Shown here in pieces: positions 21,748 to 30,894 of a stretch of DNA of 64,000 bases. The DNA comes from Candidatus Obscuribacterales bacterium (GTDB taxonomy: Bacteria > Cyanobacteriota > Vampirovibrionia > Obscuribacterales > Obscuribacteraceae). The stretch is from assembly GCA_965228855.1 (NCBI GenBank), contig CBDDIJ010000005.1:1056001-1120000 (forward strand), given 5' to 3'. The notes beneath the pieces were generated by a model. It made no database searches. It was not told the DNA's origin and saw only the letters and a program-made list of their open reading frames with translations. Positions within the stretch are counted from its first letter, which is position 1. Every line of letters begins with the position of its first letter. The translations under genes and the position numbers were made by a program.

Positions 21748-22425
21748 CTAGTACAAGAATGAAGTAGCAGCCTTGTCTTTGAAAGAATCTATGAATGTGG
21801 AAATCTGCTGAGCAGTGTCTGGCTGACCGAGGGCTTTATAGAATTCTTGCGCTTTCGTGAGATTCTCTTTGGCAGCTCTGATCATTGCTCCATTTAGTTT
21901 CACAGGTTCACTCGGCTTACCGTTAGAATTCGGCTCTGGCACGGAGCGAATGTTGCTCAGTTCGTAATTACACATGCCCAAGCGATAATGAAGCTCAGCC
22001 TTGGCACTGCTCTTATAGTCTTTTCCTATCGACTTGAGCGCCTCTTCGAACTCAAGTCGGGCAGAATCCCAATGTTTGGAGTCGTAGAATTTGCGACCGG
22101 CAAGAATGTGATTAACTACCAGAGCAAGCCCCCGCAGCCGCGTCTTCATAGAATTCTTTGAATAGGTTGCACCAAATACAGTGCGCTCCAAAGCTGCAAT
22201 TCGGCCGTCTATGGTGTTGCCCTCGTTCACTTCGCCGTACAAAATCTGCTCGAGCAGCTTCAAATCATTAGTATTATCTACAGGCGATATCGTTTCTTTC
22301 TTGCCGTACGGATTCGGCAGATGAGCAGGAATCACCGGTACGGTGTCTTCTGCAAACGCCGGTGAGATAGCCAACATGATAAGGGAAACCGAGTGCGTCA
22401 ACGATACTATCAGAATCGTATTCAT
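21748..22425 (-). CDS. Secreted hypothetical protein with TPR-like helices
   Basis: ATG 2 bp after the upstream stop; signal peptide ending AFA; LEQILYG..RIAALERTVFG module; AELHYRLGMCNYEL. Confidence 0.8.
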   Translation of the reverse strand: MNTILIVSLTHSVSLIMLAISPAFAEDTVPVIPAHLPNPYGKKETISPVDNTNDLKLLEQILYGEVNEGNTIDGRIAALERTVFGATYSKNSMKTRLRGLALVVNHILAGRKFYDSKHWDSARLEFEEALKSIGKDYKSSAKAELHYRLGMCNYELSNIRSVPEPNSNGKPSEPVKLNGAMIRAAKENLTKAQEFYKALGQPDTAQQISTFIDSFKDKAATSFLY

Positions 22426-22427
22426 GA

Positions 22428-23378
22428 TCACTTCCAAAGTAATTGCGCGGCGAGTTGCTGGACGCGCTCCGGGTAAAGATCCACTCCCTGGACAACGCCA
22501 TCGGGCCCGACCAAGGTCAGTCCATAACCATCAAGGTTGAATTTGCGGTGCGCATCATCGAAACCATGAGGCAAAAGGACGTTATCCCACTTCACTCCTT
22601 GAGACTGCAATTTATCTCTGTTTCCTACCACAGGACTCTTACCAGGCATATGAAATGCTGCGTCTACACTCAACATCAGGACTTCAAACTTATCACTACC
22701 AAACTTTTCCTGTATCCCTTTCACGAAGGGAATCTCTTCAATGCAGGAGTGTCAGGTCATGCTCCAAACGTCTAGCAACAAGACTTTTCCCTTGTACGTG
22801 TCGAGACTTACCCTCTTTCCGTCCATAGTCGTAAGTTCAAAGTCTGGACACTTCCTACCGATTACGCATCCTGATAGAGGAGTCGGTGACTTCTCGAGCA
22901 ACAACCAGGTGCCGCCCGGATCGAATTTCTTGACCTCATACATCTCGTCACCGAGCCGAACGGGTAAGGACGTGTACCACTTCTCACCTGGATCTGCTTG
23001 ACCGTTGTTATCAGAGTCGACGCTGATCGCTGTACTTGTGTTCGAGTACGAATGATGCTCGGCTGACTGCGTCGAATAAGGACCGTAGGTCGGAACATAG
23101 ATGGTTATCTTTTCTGAGCCAACATCTAATTCGCCACGCGACAATTTCTCCGGAGGCGGTGGATCCCAGCTTCCGTCCATCATCCGGAAAGCTCCCGGTC
23201 TCGTTACATCGCTCGGTTTTAGTTTAACCACCACTTGTCCGGGCTCTGGATCTGGCGCTACCTGTGGTGGCACCACTTCACGGGACTTTTCAACCACAGC
23301 AGGTTTCGTACTACATCCAACAGCAACAAGCATTGCTAATGACCAAGCAAAGAAAACCTTTCCCTTATCTGAATTCAT
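22428..23378 (-). CDS. TlpA/ResA-like thioredoxin lipoprotein with in-frame UGA (probable selenocysteine, UxxC)
   Basis: ORFs 22752..23378 and 22428..22724 are one frame: PDFELTTMDGKRVSLDTYKGKVLLLDVWSMT-[TGA 22754-22752]-HSCIEEIPFVKGIQEKF...; lipobox LVAVGC; 316 aa with readthrough. Confidence 0.85.
22708..22748 (-). promoter_or_regulatory. Candidate bacterial SECIS hairpin
   Basis: Directly after the UGA: UCCUG...AUUCCCUU-CGUGA-AAGGGAU-A-CAGGA; G-containing apical loop about 26 nt from the UGA. Confidence 0.6.
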
Positions 23379-23387
23379 GGATGAAAC

Positions 23388-24251
23388 CTAGCGAACAGAG
23401 GAAATCTCTACCGATTCAATTTGGGCAATCTCTTCTGAAGTCAGAGATAAATTTACCGAGTCCAGGTCTTCTTTCATATGCTGCAAACTCGTAGTTCCAG
23501 TCAACGGCAACATTCCGATCTCCATGGAGAACTTGAATATCACCTGAGCGGCCGTTGCACCTAACCGCTTCGCCACCGTGCGAACTATCGGATCGTTTAG
23601 CGCGCGAGCGTTAGCAGTCAGCAACGAGAAGCCCTGGTAAATAATTCCATTCTCTCGACAGATATCGCGCACTTCGCGGTCCCAGCCCATCACGGCGTAG
23701 CATCGATTTTGCACCACCATCGGTTTCACCTTCGCCTTTGCGCAGAGAACCTCGAGTTGTTCGGCGCTGACGTTACTTACGCCAATCATTTTGGTCTTAC
23801 CGGCATTGTAGAGGTCTTCGATAGCCGCCCACACTTCCCAATCAGAGGGAGTCAATCCATGGCGAGAATACGGACCATGCAAAACAAAAGAGTCCAGATA
23901 GTCGGTATGCAAATGCTTCAGGGAGCTCTCGAACGACTGAGTAACCTGGGTGGTCAAATTCGCGGAGGCATCGTAAGGTGTGCGGTGATCCTGCCCGTTT
24001 ACCGAAGTAAACTTGGTCTGCAGGAACAGCTTCTCTCTGTTGATGCCCTTCTGGGCCAGATTCAGCAACGCCTCGCCGACACGAGCTTCGTCGTAATGGA
24101 TAAGTTGATTAGCGGTATCAATCGCGACGAAACCGGCTTCAACAGCAGTTTCAACCAGTTTCGTCGTGGCATCTTTTTTCCATGCCGTTCCGTACATAAA
24201 GGACGGAATAGAAACGTTGTTGTATGCAGTTAATGTCATAAATTCCTCCAC
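23388..24251 (-). CDS. Aldo/keto reductase
   Basis: YGTAWK, IDTAN..HY, LFLQTKF, YLDSFVLHGP, IGVSN. Confidence 0.93.
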   Translation of the reverse strand: MEEFMTLTAYNNVSIPSFMYGTAWKKDATTKLVETAVEAGFVAIDTANQLIHYDEARVGEALLNLAQKGINREKLFLQTKFTSVNGQDHRTPYDASANLTTQVTQSFESSLKHLHTDYLDSFVLHGPYSRHGLTPSDWEVWAAIEDLYNAGKTKMIGVSNVSAEQLEVLCAKAKVKPMVVQNRCYAVMGWDREVRDICRENGIIYQGFSLLTANARALNDPIVRTVAKRLGATAAQVIFKFSMEIGMLPLTGTTSLQHMKEDLDSVNLSLTSEEIAQIESVEISSVR

Positions 24252-24352
24252 TGCTGTTTAAGGTTAGCAGTTGCTGGATCAAATAAACTCGAAAAAGCTT
24301 CCCTGGGAGCCAGTCAATTATAACAACTGCTAACCTTCAATCAGGTGAATAT

Positions 24353-24982
24353 ATGACAACATCGAAGGACACAAACTTGCGGCGCCGGTCAACGTTCGGA
24401 GTTCTGGTGATTCTGACGACTCTGAGCGTGTCCGGAATGCAAGTGACAGCCAGTGAGGAGCCTACGACTTCGTCCGGCACGAAGCCGGTCGATTCGATCC
24501 CACAAAGCTCGCTCGAGAAGACTGAAAAGGGTAAAGCCAAATCGAAGCTGAAAGATGGCCTTTACCTGATTTTGCGCCAAGACACAGATAGAGCCAAGGT
24601 CGAGCCGGCCGGTCCGGACGAGGAGATCGTCATCAATGACTTCGAGTTCCTCCAACCATCAGAGCGTGAAACGACTTCCTTCATAGCGGTTTCGGAGGAA
24701 CAGTTTATACCTTTCATCTTCTCGACTGATCCGGCTAAAGGTTCTGATGACAAAGGTCGAACGAAGCTTCTCCTGCAGCTTGCAGAGGATCAAATCAAAC
24801 CGTTGGAGAATTTTACCGGAAAAAATTGCGGTAAATCAGTTGCCATCATAATCGGTGGCAAGGTGGTCACCACTCATAAGATAAGAGAGGCAATCACCGG
24901 TGGAAAGCTGCAGATTACCCGCTGTTCCGATTTCGGATGTGATGTTTTATACACTCAACTTTTGAAGGACTCGAAACATTGA
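24353..24982 (+). CDS. Secreted stand-alone SecDF P1 head-like domain protein
   Basis: Signal peptide; LENFTGKNCGKSVAIIIGGKVVTTHKIREAITGGKLQIT resembles the SecD periplasmic head; no TM bundle. Confidence 0.75.
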   Translation: MTTSKDTNLRRRSTFGVLVILTTLSVSGMQVTASEEPTTSSGTKPVDSIPQSSLEKTEKGKAKSKLKDGLYLILRQDTDRAKVEPAGPDEEIVINDFEFLQPSERETTSFIAVSEEQFIPFIFSTDPAKGSDDKGRTKLLLQLAEDQIKPLENFTGKNCGKSVAIIIGGKVVTTHKIREAITGGKLQITRCSDFGCDVLYTQLLKDSKH

Positions 24983-25155
24983 TAGGTACGCAGACATTTT
25001 AAGCCACCCAGCCAAAGGAAGGAAGCTGGAAGTCTCAAAAAAAATCGAAGGGTAATCGGAAGCGCACCGCTCAAGAATTAACATTCGCAAACCGCCGATG
25101 GTTGACCTTCCAGCACCATGCTGGGTATAAAGAGTCTGGACCCAGGGACGCGAGC

Positions 25156-25608
25156 ATGTCAACACCGAAACCGGAAAATCATAACGATTCAGCAGACACG
25201 AAAGCCAGCAAAGCTTCAGGAGCCAGGAACGAGGCAGCGGACAATTTGCGCGCCGACGCGAACGGTCATCCTATTAACCTGTTGCTGGAACTGGCGACCG
25301 ACGACAACGTCGAGACTGATGAAGGTGTTGAACTGAAAATCAATGATGTTCGAGGCTCGACAGATAACGCCCTGCTGACCAAAACTGAGTTGCAGAAGTA
25401 CGACGACTACAAACGCGAATGGCAAGCAGCTCTTGAACGCCCCCAGGAATCTCTGGATGCGCTAGCTCTGCGCGAAAAACAAATTATAGAAGCAGCCGCA
25501 AACCACGACTGGGAAACCCTGGATAAATTGCGTAGTGAAGTAGCAGCTGACTTGGAAAAAATGCAATTTATCTTCTCGAACATCGTTTCCGACATGCGTG
25601 ATATCTAG
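25156..25608 (+). CDS. Hypothetical acidic helical protein
   Basis: ATG 25156 (ORF extends to 25102); directly upstream of the kinase gene. Confidence 0.65.
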   Translation: MSTPKPENHNDSADTKASKASGARNEAADNLRADANGHPINLLLELATDDNVETDEGVELKINDVRGSTDNALLTKTELQKYDDYKREWQAALERPQESLDALALREKQIIEAAANHDWETLDKLRSEVAADLEKMQFIFSNIVSDMRDI

Positions 25609-27688
25609 TGGTCAAATGATGACCAATTCTCCCGAACTCTGCCCGACCTGTCGCCAGCCGAAAGAACCAAAGGCTTCGGGTCGATTGACTCAATGGATCG
25701 TTGCGTGTAACTGCGGTGCTCCATCGCTGGATTCATTCGAGGAACAGGGACCGACAGTAAACATTTGCGCGATCTGCAAGAAGCGAATCGAGCGAGGTCG
25801 TCCGGGAAGTTTCACACAATGGGTGTTTCGGGTCGACATCTGCGATTGCGAGAAACCGGAAGCAGTGTCCGTTCCACTTGCCTCCTTAGGCGAAGCCGTC
25901 ATCAGCCAGCCTGACTTCGTTGAAGTAGAGGAAGATCCTGAACCGTTGCCACTGCCCAGCGAAAAATTTCCAGTAAACCGATACAAACCGCTCCTGGAAA
26001 TCGGCGGCGGCATGGCTGGTTCAGTCTATCTCTGCAGAGACCTGGTCTTAAACAAAAAAGTTGCCGTCAAAACTTTAAGACAACTGACGCCGGAGCAATT
26101 GGTTGCCTTTCAGCAAGAGGCTAAGGCTTCAAGCCGCTTGTCACATCCCGCTATCGTGCAAGCCCTAGACTTCGGTGCCACCGAATCTGGTGACCCATTC
26201 ATGGTAATGGAGTTCGTCGACGGAATTTCCTTAGACAAGTATTTAGAGCAGAACGGTGCTCTTCAGCCCAATGAGGTGGCAAACATAATCGGTCTGTTGA
26301 GTGAAGGACTCCAGGTCGCGCATGAGAACGGAGTTTTTCACCGAGATCTGAAGCCCAGTAATATATTAGTGAAGAACCTCGGTGAACATAAATTCGAAGC
26401 CCGGCTAATTGACTTCGGTCTAGCACACGTGGAGGACCACAAGGACGTAACAATCTTTCAGGGAACGTGCCTTGTGGGAAGCCCGCTGTATATGAGCCCT
26501 GAGCTCGCTGCCAACAAGTCATATGACGCGCGATGCGAGGTTTACTCACTGGGATGCGTGATGTTCGAATTGCTCACAGGTCGCCCGCCTTTCGTTGGCG
26601 AGACCGCGCTAAACACGCTTTATATGCATGTCAATGAAAGAGCCCCCAGAATGTCTGAGGTCATCGACAAACACATACCTGAAAAACTCGAATCGATAGT
26701 TGCTAAATGTCTGGAAAAGAATCCCGATATTCGATTTCAATCTACCGCCGAGCTTGCCAACAGTTTGATACCGGATACGACACCAGAAACGACCGGAGTT
26801 TTCACGAGAGAGAAAGCGAAAAAAGGCAGTCTCAACCTGGCAATTGCTTTGACGCTCTTAATAATTTGCGGACTGTTTGCCGCGATAGCGGTTACCGCCC
26901 TGAATCCAAAGAAAGAATCTGAAAAGTTGGCAGTGAAACGATTTCGACATAGCAACACTGAACGAAAAGTTGCTGTTGAATCTAAAGAGAATGCGGAGCA
27001 AATGTCTCACGCCATGACGGGCTTCGCAACTGTTGGCGCAAGCGATGATTCATATTTCGGCGCGGATAACAGTGCAGCCGAGATTGCGGAGATGGCTCGA
27101 CAGGGAAAGCAATTTCAAAATATTATATTGCACAAGGCGAATTTGACGGACAGGGATATCGACAACATCGTAACTCTCCATCCAACGACAATAACAATGG
27201 ATGACTGCAATAAAATAACCGACAAAGGTTTAAAGAAGATCGCCAGTCTGGGTCGAATTGATCGCCTCGTGATTGATGAATCAACCCAGATCACGCCGAC
27301 TGGTCTGGCAGAACTCCGAAAGTTGAAGTTGCTGGAATTCGTGAGTATGCGCAAATCAGGATTGACAGATGAGCACATGAAAGTGCTCAGCACATTCCCA
27401 ATGGACCTGCATAAAATCAATGTTTCCGGCAATCCGAAAATAACAGCGGTCGGGCTCAACTATTTCAAAGATCGGAAACGCCCGATGGAAATTGTCGCCG
27501 AAGGTTGCGCAATTCTACTTCCTGGTGTGACCATGAACAAGCTGGCAGCAGAACACAATATCAGGCTTAGAATGGAAGACTCGGACACATTCGACTTCAG
27601 CGTATTTTCAGAGGCCATGGACGATACCATGTGGGATGATGAAGATGGCTCCAGTATCACCCATGGTGCATTTCAAACGGACAAATAG
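25598..27688 (+). CDS. Membrane Ser/Thr kinase with duplicated N-terminal Cys motif and extracellular LRR
   Basis: GGGMAGSV, VAVK, HRDLKPSN, DFG, GSPLYMSPE; TM; LRRs (ITDKGLKKI, LTDEHMKVL). True start may be ATG 25616 or 25619. Confidence 0.93.
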   Translation: MISSGQMMTNSPELCPTCRQPKEPKASGRLTQWIVACNCGAPSLDSFEEQGPTVNICAICKKRIERGRPGSFTQWVFRVDICDCEKPEAVSVPLASLGEAVISQPDFVEVEEDPEPLPLPSEKFPVNRYKPLLEIGGGMAGSVYLCRDLVLNKKVAVKTLRQLTPEQLVAFQQEAKASSRLSHPAIVQALDFGATESGDPFMVMEFVDGISLDKYLEQNGALQPNEVANIIGLLSEGLQVAHENGVFHRDLKPSNILVKNLGEHKFEARLIDFGLAHVEDHKDVTIFQGTCLVGSPLYMSPELAANKSYDARCEVYSLGCVMFELLTGRPPFVGETALNTLYMHVNERAPRMSEVIDKHIPEKLESIVAKCLEKNPDIRFQSTAELANSLIPDTTPETTGVFTREKAKKGSLNLAIALTLLIICGLFAAIAVTALNPKKESEKLAVKRFRHSNTERKVAVESKENAEQMSHAMTGFATVGASDDSYFGADNSAAEIAEMARQGKQFQNIILHKANLTDRDIDNIVTLHPTTITMDDCNKITDKGLKKIASLGRIDRLVIDESTQITPTGLAELRKLKLLEFVSMRKSGLTDEHMKVLSTFPMDLHKINVSGNPKITAVGLNYFKDRKRPMEIVAEGCAILLPGVTMNKLAAEHNIRLRMEDSDTFDFSVFSEAMDDTMWDDEDGSSITHGAFQTDK

Positions 27689-28330
27689 CTAATAGTTGCG
27701 TTTTTTCTTTGCATTCGGGTCATAAGCACCATAGCTTGCCGCATACGAAGAAGTTGATGAATTCTGGCTTGGCGGCTTCGGTTTCTGAACCTGCTTCACG
27801 ATTGGCGTGTTTTTGGGAGCACCAATCTCATTGCCCCGGCCGGTGCCAAGCGGCACTCGAATCGCTCCGGTTCCCGTTCGTCCCGCCCCCTTACTGGAAG
27901 TCGGTCCGTTTCGAATAATTTCCAGCGGACCCGTTATAGTGGTAACAGTCGTTTTGACACCAGAGCGTGCATTCAAGTTCGCGTCTCGACTTTGAGCCTG
28001 CCTTCTTGTCTTGCTCGAACCTCGATTCAACATATAGCTCTGGGCGCGTGTGGAACGAACGGCTGGCAAATCAGGACGCCCTCGGCTGTCGGCCGACGGT
28101 GTTCGTTCTGGAACGACAGGCGCCTGACGAGCCTGAGGTTCGGAACCAGCAGGTTTCTTCTCTCCTGCGGGTGCTTTCACAAACTGTCGTTCTTTAGAAT
28201 TCCAACCGTTCTGACTCTGTTGAACTTCCATGAGTCCGGCATCCTCTACCTTGATTTCTTGGGCAGAGGATGGCGCGAGCAACAACCCATTCAGAAAGAC
28301 GAGCGAAATTGCCAAAAATGTTTTTTTCAT
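27689..28330 (-). CDS. Secreted low-complexity hypothetical protein
   Basis: MKKTFLAISLVFLNGLLLAPSSAQ signal at ATG 28330; the longer ORF extension overlaps the divergent gene. Confidence 0.7.
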   Translation of the reverse strand: MKKTFLAISLVFLNGLLLAPSSAQEIKVEDAGLMEVQQSQNGWNSKERQFVKAPAGEKKPAGSEPQARQAPVVPERTPSADSRGRPDLPAVRSTRAQSYMLNRGSSKTRRQAQSRDANLNARSGVKTTVTTITGPLEIIRNGPTSSKGAGRTGTGAIRVPLGTGRGNEIGAPKNTPIVKQVQKPKPPSQNSSTSSYAASYGAYDPNAKKKRNY

Positions 28331-28449
28331 AGCGACCAGGAGGAATTTATGCCGCGGCCAAGTATAAAAGAAGTGGTAAGTTACAGACTCCCTGAGCATA
28401 CCACGTTGCAAAGCGACACACCAGTGAAGACCAGCATGAGGAGCCCGAG

Positions 28450-29070
28450 ATGTACAAAGAATGCACATGGGATGAGCGCTATAAGGCCGGGAAAGAAGCA
28501 CTGCCATGGGATTCAGGTGTGCAAGCGCCAGAGTTGGAACAGTACTTCTCCTCACTAAAAAAACTACCGGCAACTGTTCTCGAGATCGGTTGCGGCACGG
28601 GAACCAATGCAATTTGGATGGCTCAAAAAGGCTGCAAGGTCATAGCGACTGATTTGTCCCCAGCCGCTATCGATGCGGCAAATGACAAACAAAAGTCTTC
28701 CGGAACCTCAGTTGAATTTCAGGTTTCGGATATCATCGAGAAGAGTCCAGTACAACCGGGAAGCATTGACTTCGTGTTCGACCGGGGTGTTTTTCATGTG
28801 ATGACACCTGAGCTTCGCCGCGTGTTTATAGACCGCGTCGTTGAAGCATTGAGCGAAGATGGCTTTTGGCTCTGCCTGGCGGGTAATGCTGATGAGTACC
28901 GGGGACCAGATGAAGAAGGTCCACCACAATTGAAGTTGAGCGAACTGGTCGATGACGCAGAGAAACACCTTGAGATTCATAGGGTGGAGCGCGCGTCGTT
29001 CGTTCTTCCGAACGGCTCTCCAAAGTTGGCTTGGATAGTGCTTTACAAGAAACGGAAGCAAAGCAAGTAA
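28450..29070 (+). CDS. Class I SAM-dependent methyltransferase (TPMT-like)
   Basis: WDERY..LPWD, VLEIGCGTG, ATDLS, FVFDRGVFH. Confidence 0.92.
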   Translation: MYKECTWDERYKAGKEALPWDSGVQAPELEQYFSSLKKLPATVLEIGCGTGTNAIWMAQKGCKVIATDLSPAAIDAANDKQKSSGTSVEFQVSDIIEKSPVQPGSIDFVFDRGVFHVMTPELRRVFIDRVVEALSEDGFWLCLAGNADEYRGPDEEGPPQLKLSELVDDAEKHLEIHRVERASFVLPNGSPKLAWIVLYKKRKQSK

Positions 29071-29283
29071 GCCGCGTTTAGTCGTAGTTTCGGACTTATC
29101 TACGAATTGGAACGGCGCGCGCTGGTATCAGATGCGATGTCTATTCGAACAATGCCGTCCCGTTCCAATCGGCTGAAAGATTTCGGAATATTAAGCGCGG
29201 CTTAAGAAAAGCCGAATTGTCAACAGTTCGCGATATGTTGATAGAAAGCATCAACGCCCGCACCTCGTGCGAGCCGCTTTGCC

Positions 29284-30894
29284 ATGTCTGTCGTCGTTGA
29301 TGGGTTTATACGAATGTTGCAAGCGCTTCTCGCACCCGTTCAGTCAGAAGACAAGAAAAGGATTTTAAACGCGATAGAACTGCTCGGACCAAGGGTCACC
29401 CCCGAACTTATTGCGCTGGAAACGGGAATGCCGCTCCTCACTGCCGTCAGGCAACTAAACCTGGTGGCAGCTGAAACACAGGCGCATCTGGAGGTCGACT
29501 CAAGCGGGAGAATTTGTTATCGCTTCGCTCCAAATTTCGCAAGCAGCTACGTTTTCGATCTAACTAAAAATCTGTTTTATTCGCAAGGCAAGTTCACCGT
29601 AAAGCTGTTCAAGCTCGGTATTCGTATGATTGTTGGCTTGACGATCATAGTAGCTCGAATCGCATTCAGCCTTCTGTGGTTTCTCTTCCGCATATCGTTC
29701 GGCGTCATTCTGATTGGTTCGATTCTCATGGTTATCTTCGGACTATTCGCCCTGCTTTCGAATAGCGACGGCGATGCGCTCGGAGGACTAGGCGATCTGG
29801 GCGGTGCAGGCGCAGAAGCCGGCAGCACCGCTGGTGGTGCCTTGCTCGAGAGTAGCGCAAGTTGGGGACCCAATCTTGGCGAGTGCTTCCTGGATCTGCT
29901 CCGCTGTTTCGAGTTTACAACCTATTTAAACTGGTGGTCGCCTTATCACAGCGGGTATTTTTATGACGATTCATGGAACAGTCACAGCTATTCGCGACCC
30001 AGTCAGGGGCAGCCAGCCGGCGCCCTCGTTGTGGCCGCGGTAAACTCAAAGCAAACGACGGAAACGAAGAGCACCGACTTTTTCATGGATTTCTTCTCCT
30101 TTATTTTCGGAGATGGAGATCCGAATCTGAATTTGGAAGACAAGCAGTGGCAGTACGTCGGTCGAGTCATTGAAAAAAACAACGGTGTTGTCGTAGCCGA
30201 GCAAGTTGCTCCTTACATGAGCAAGTTAGGCGGCAAGGACGAAGACTGGATGCTGAGCGTTTTAGTACACTTCAACGGTGCTCCGGATGTTTCCGACACC
30301 GGCAACATCATCTATGTGTTCCCATCATTCGTGAAGGAGCTGCTCCCGACACCCGACTCGTCGAACAAAGCACAACAAGATTCCGACCAATTACGAAACT
30401 TGTACCATAGCCACATCAGACGCCAGACGGTGACGGCGATCCATGAGAAGGCATATTTGCCGCAGTATTTGATGGAGAGGAGTCTGGTTTTCAGTCTTGC
30501 CGAATCCCACGCGACCTACTTAAATACCTTTCTGGTCGCCTTGAATCTGGTCGGCAGTATCTGGTTTTTCGGTGCAACCGGCAGCATGCGGCTTCTTCAG
30601 AGCTTCCACGGACTATCGCTATTTATGCTCGTATTCGCAGTTATCATTTCGGTCCTTCCAGCACTACGCGCAGTGGCACTTATTTTTATAAATTCTAGAA
30701 TCGATAAGCGAAACTGTTTGAGAATGAAGCTGGGAAATATTGTTTCAAAACCAGATGAATTACTCAGAGCGAAACTGGCTGAAGCGGAGCAGGCATGCGA
30801 AACGTTAGCGCTGGAGCTGCATTCCGAGGTCATCTACCAGACGGACGGTGACTATGTCGACCAAGAATTTGCAAATTTGAGTACGCGACACTAG
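29284..30894 (+). CDS. Conserved membrane protein resembling the cyanobacterial/plastid At5g03900 family
   Basis: FSFIFGDGDPN..EDKQWQ..I..NNGVVVAEQVAPY..ML.VL.HFNG.P.VSD.GNIIY.FP, recalled as characteristic of this family. Confidence 0.75.
   Translation: MSVVVDGFIRMLQALLAPVQSEDKKRILNAIELLGPRVTPELIALETGMPLLTAVRQLNLVAAETQAHLEVDSSGRICYRFAPNFASSYVFDLTKNLFYSQGKFTVKLFKLGIRMIVGLTIIVARIAFSLLWFLFRISFGVILIGSILMVIFGLFALLSNSDGDALGGLGDLGGAGAEAGSTAGGALLESSASWGPNLGECFLDLLRCFEFTTYLNWWSPYHSGYFYDDSWNSHSYSRPSQGQPAGALVVAAVNSKQTTETKSTDFFMDFFSFIFGDGDPNLNLEDKQWQYVGRVIEKNNGVVVAEQVAPYMSKLGGKDEDWMLSVLVHFNGAPDVSDTGNIIYVFPSFVKELLPTPDSSNKAQQDSDQLRNLYHSHIRRQTVTAIHEKAYLPQYLMERSLVFSLAESHATYLNTFLVALNLVGSIWFFGATGSMRLLQSFHGLSLFMLVFAVIISVLPALRAVALIFINSRIDKRNCLRMKLGNIVSKPDELLRAKLAEAEQACETLALELHSEVIYQTDGDYVDQEFANLSTRH

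Noticed and set aside
22752..22754. UGA as Trp/Gly (alternative genetic code)
   Set aside because: TGG is used for Trp throughout, many intact genes end in TGA, and this UGA aligns with a catalytic Cys.
29106..29169. 10-bp inverted repeat (ATTGGAACGG/CCGTTCCAAT) as a MITE
   Set aside because: Single copy, no target duplication seen; may be an ordinary mRNA hairpin.
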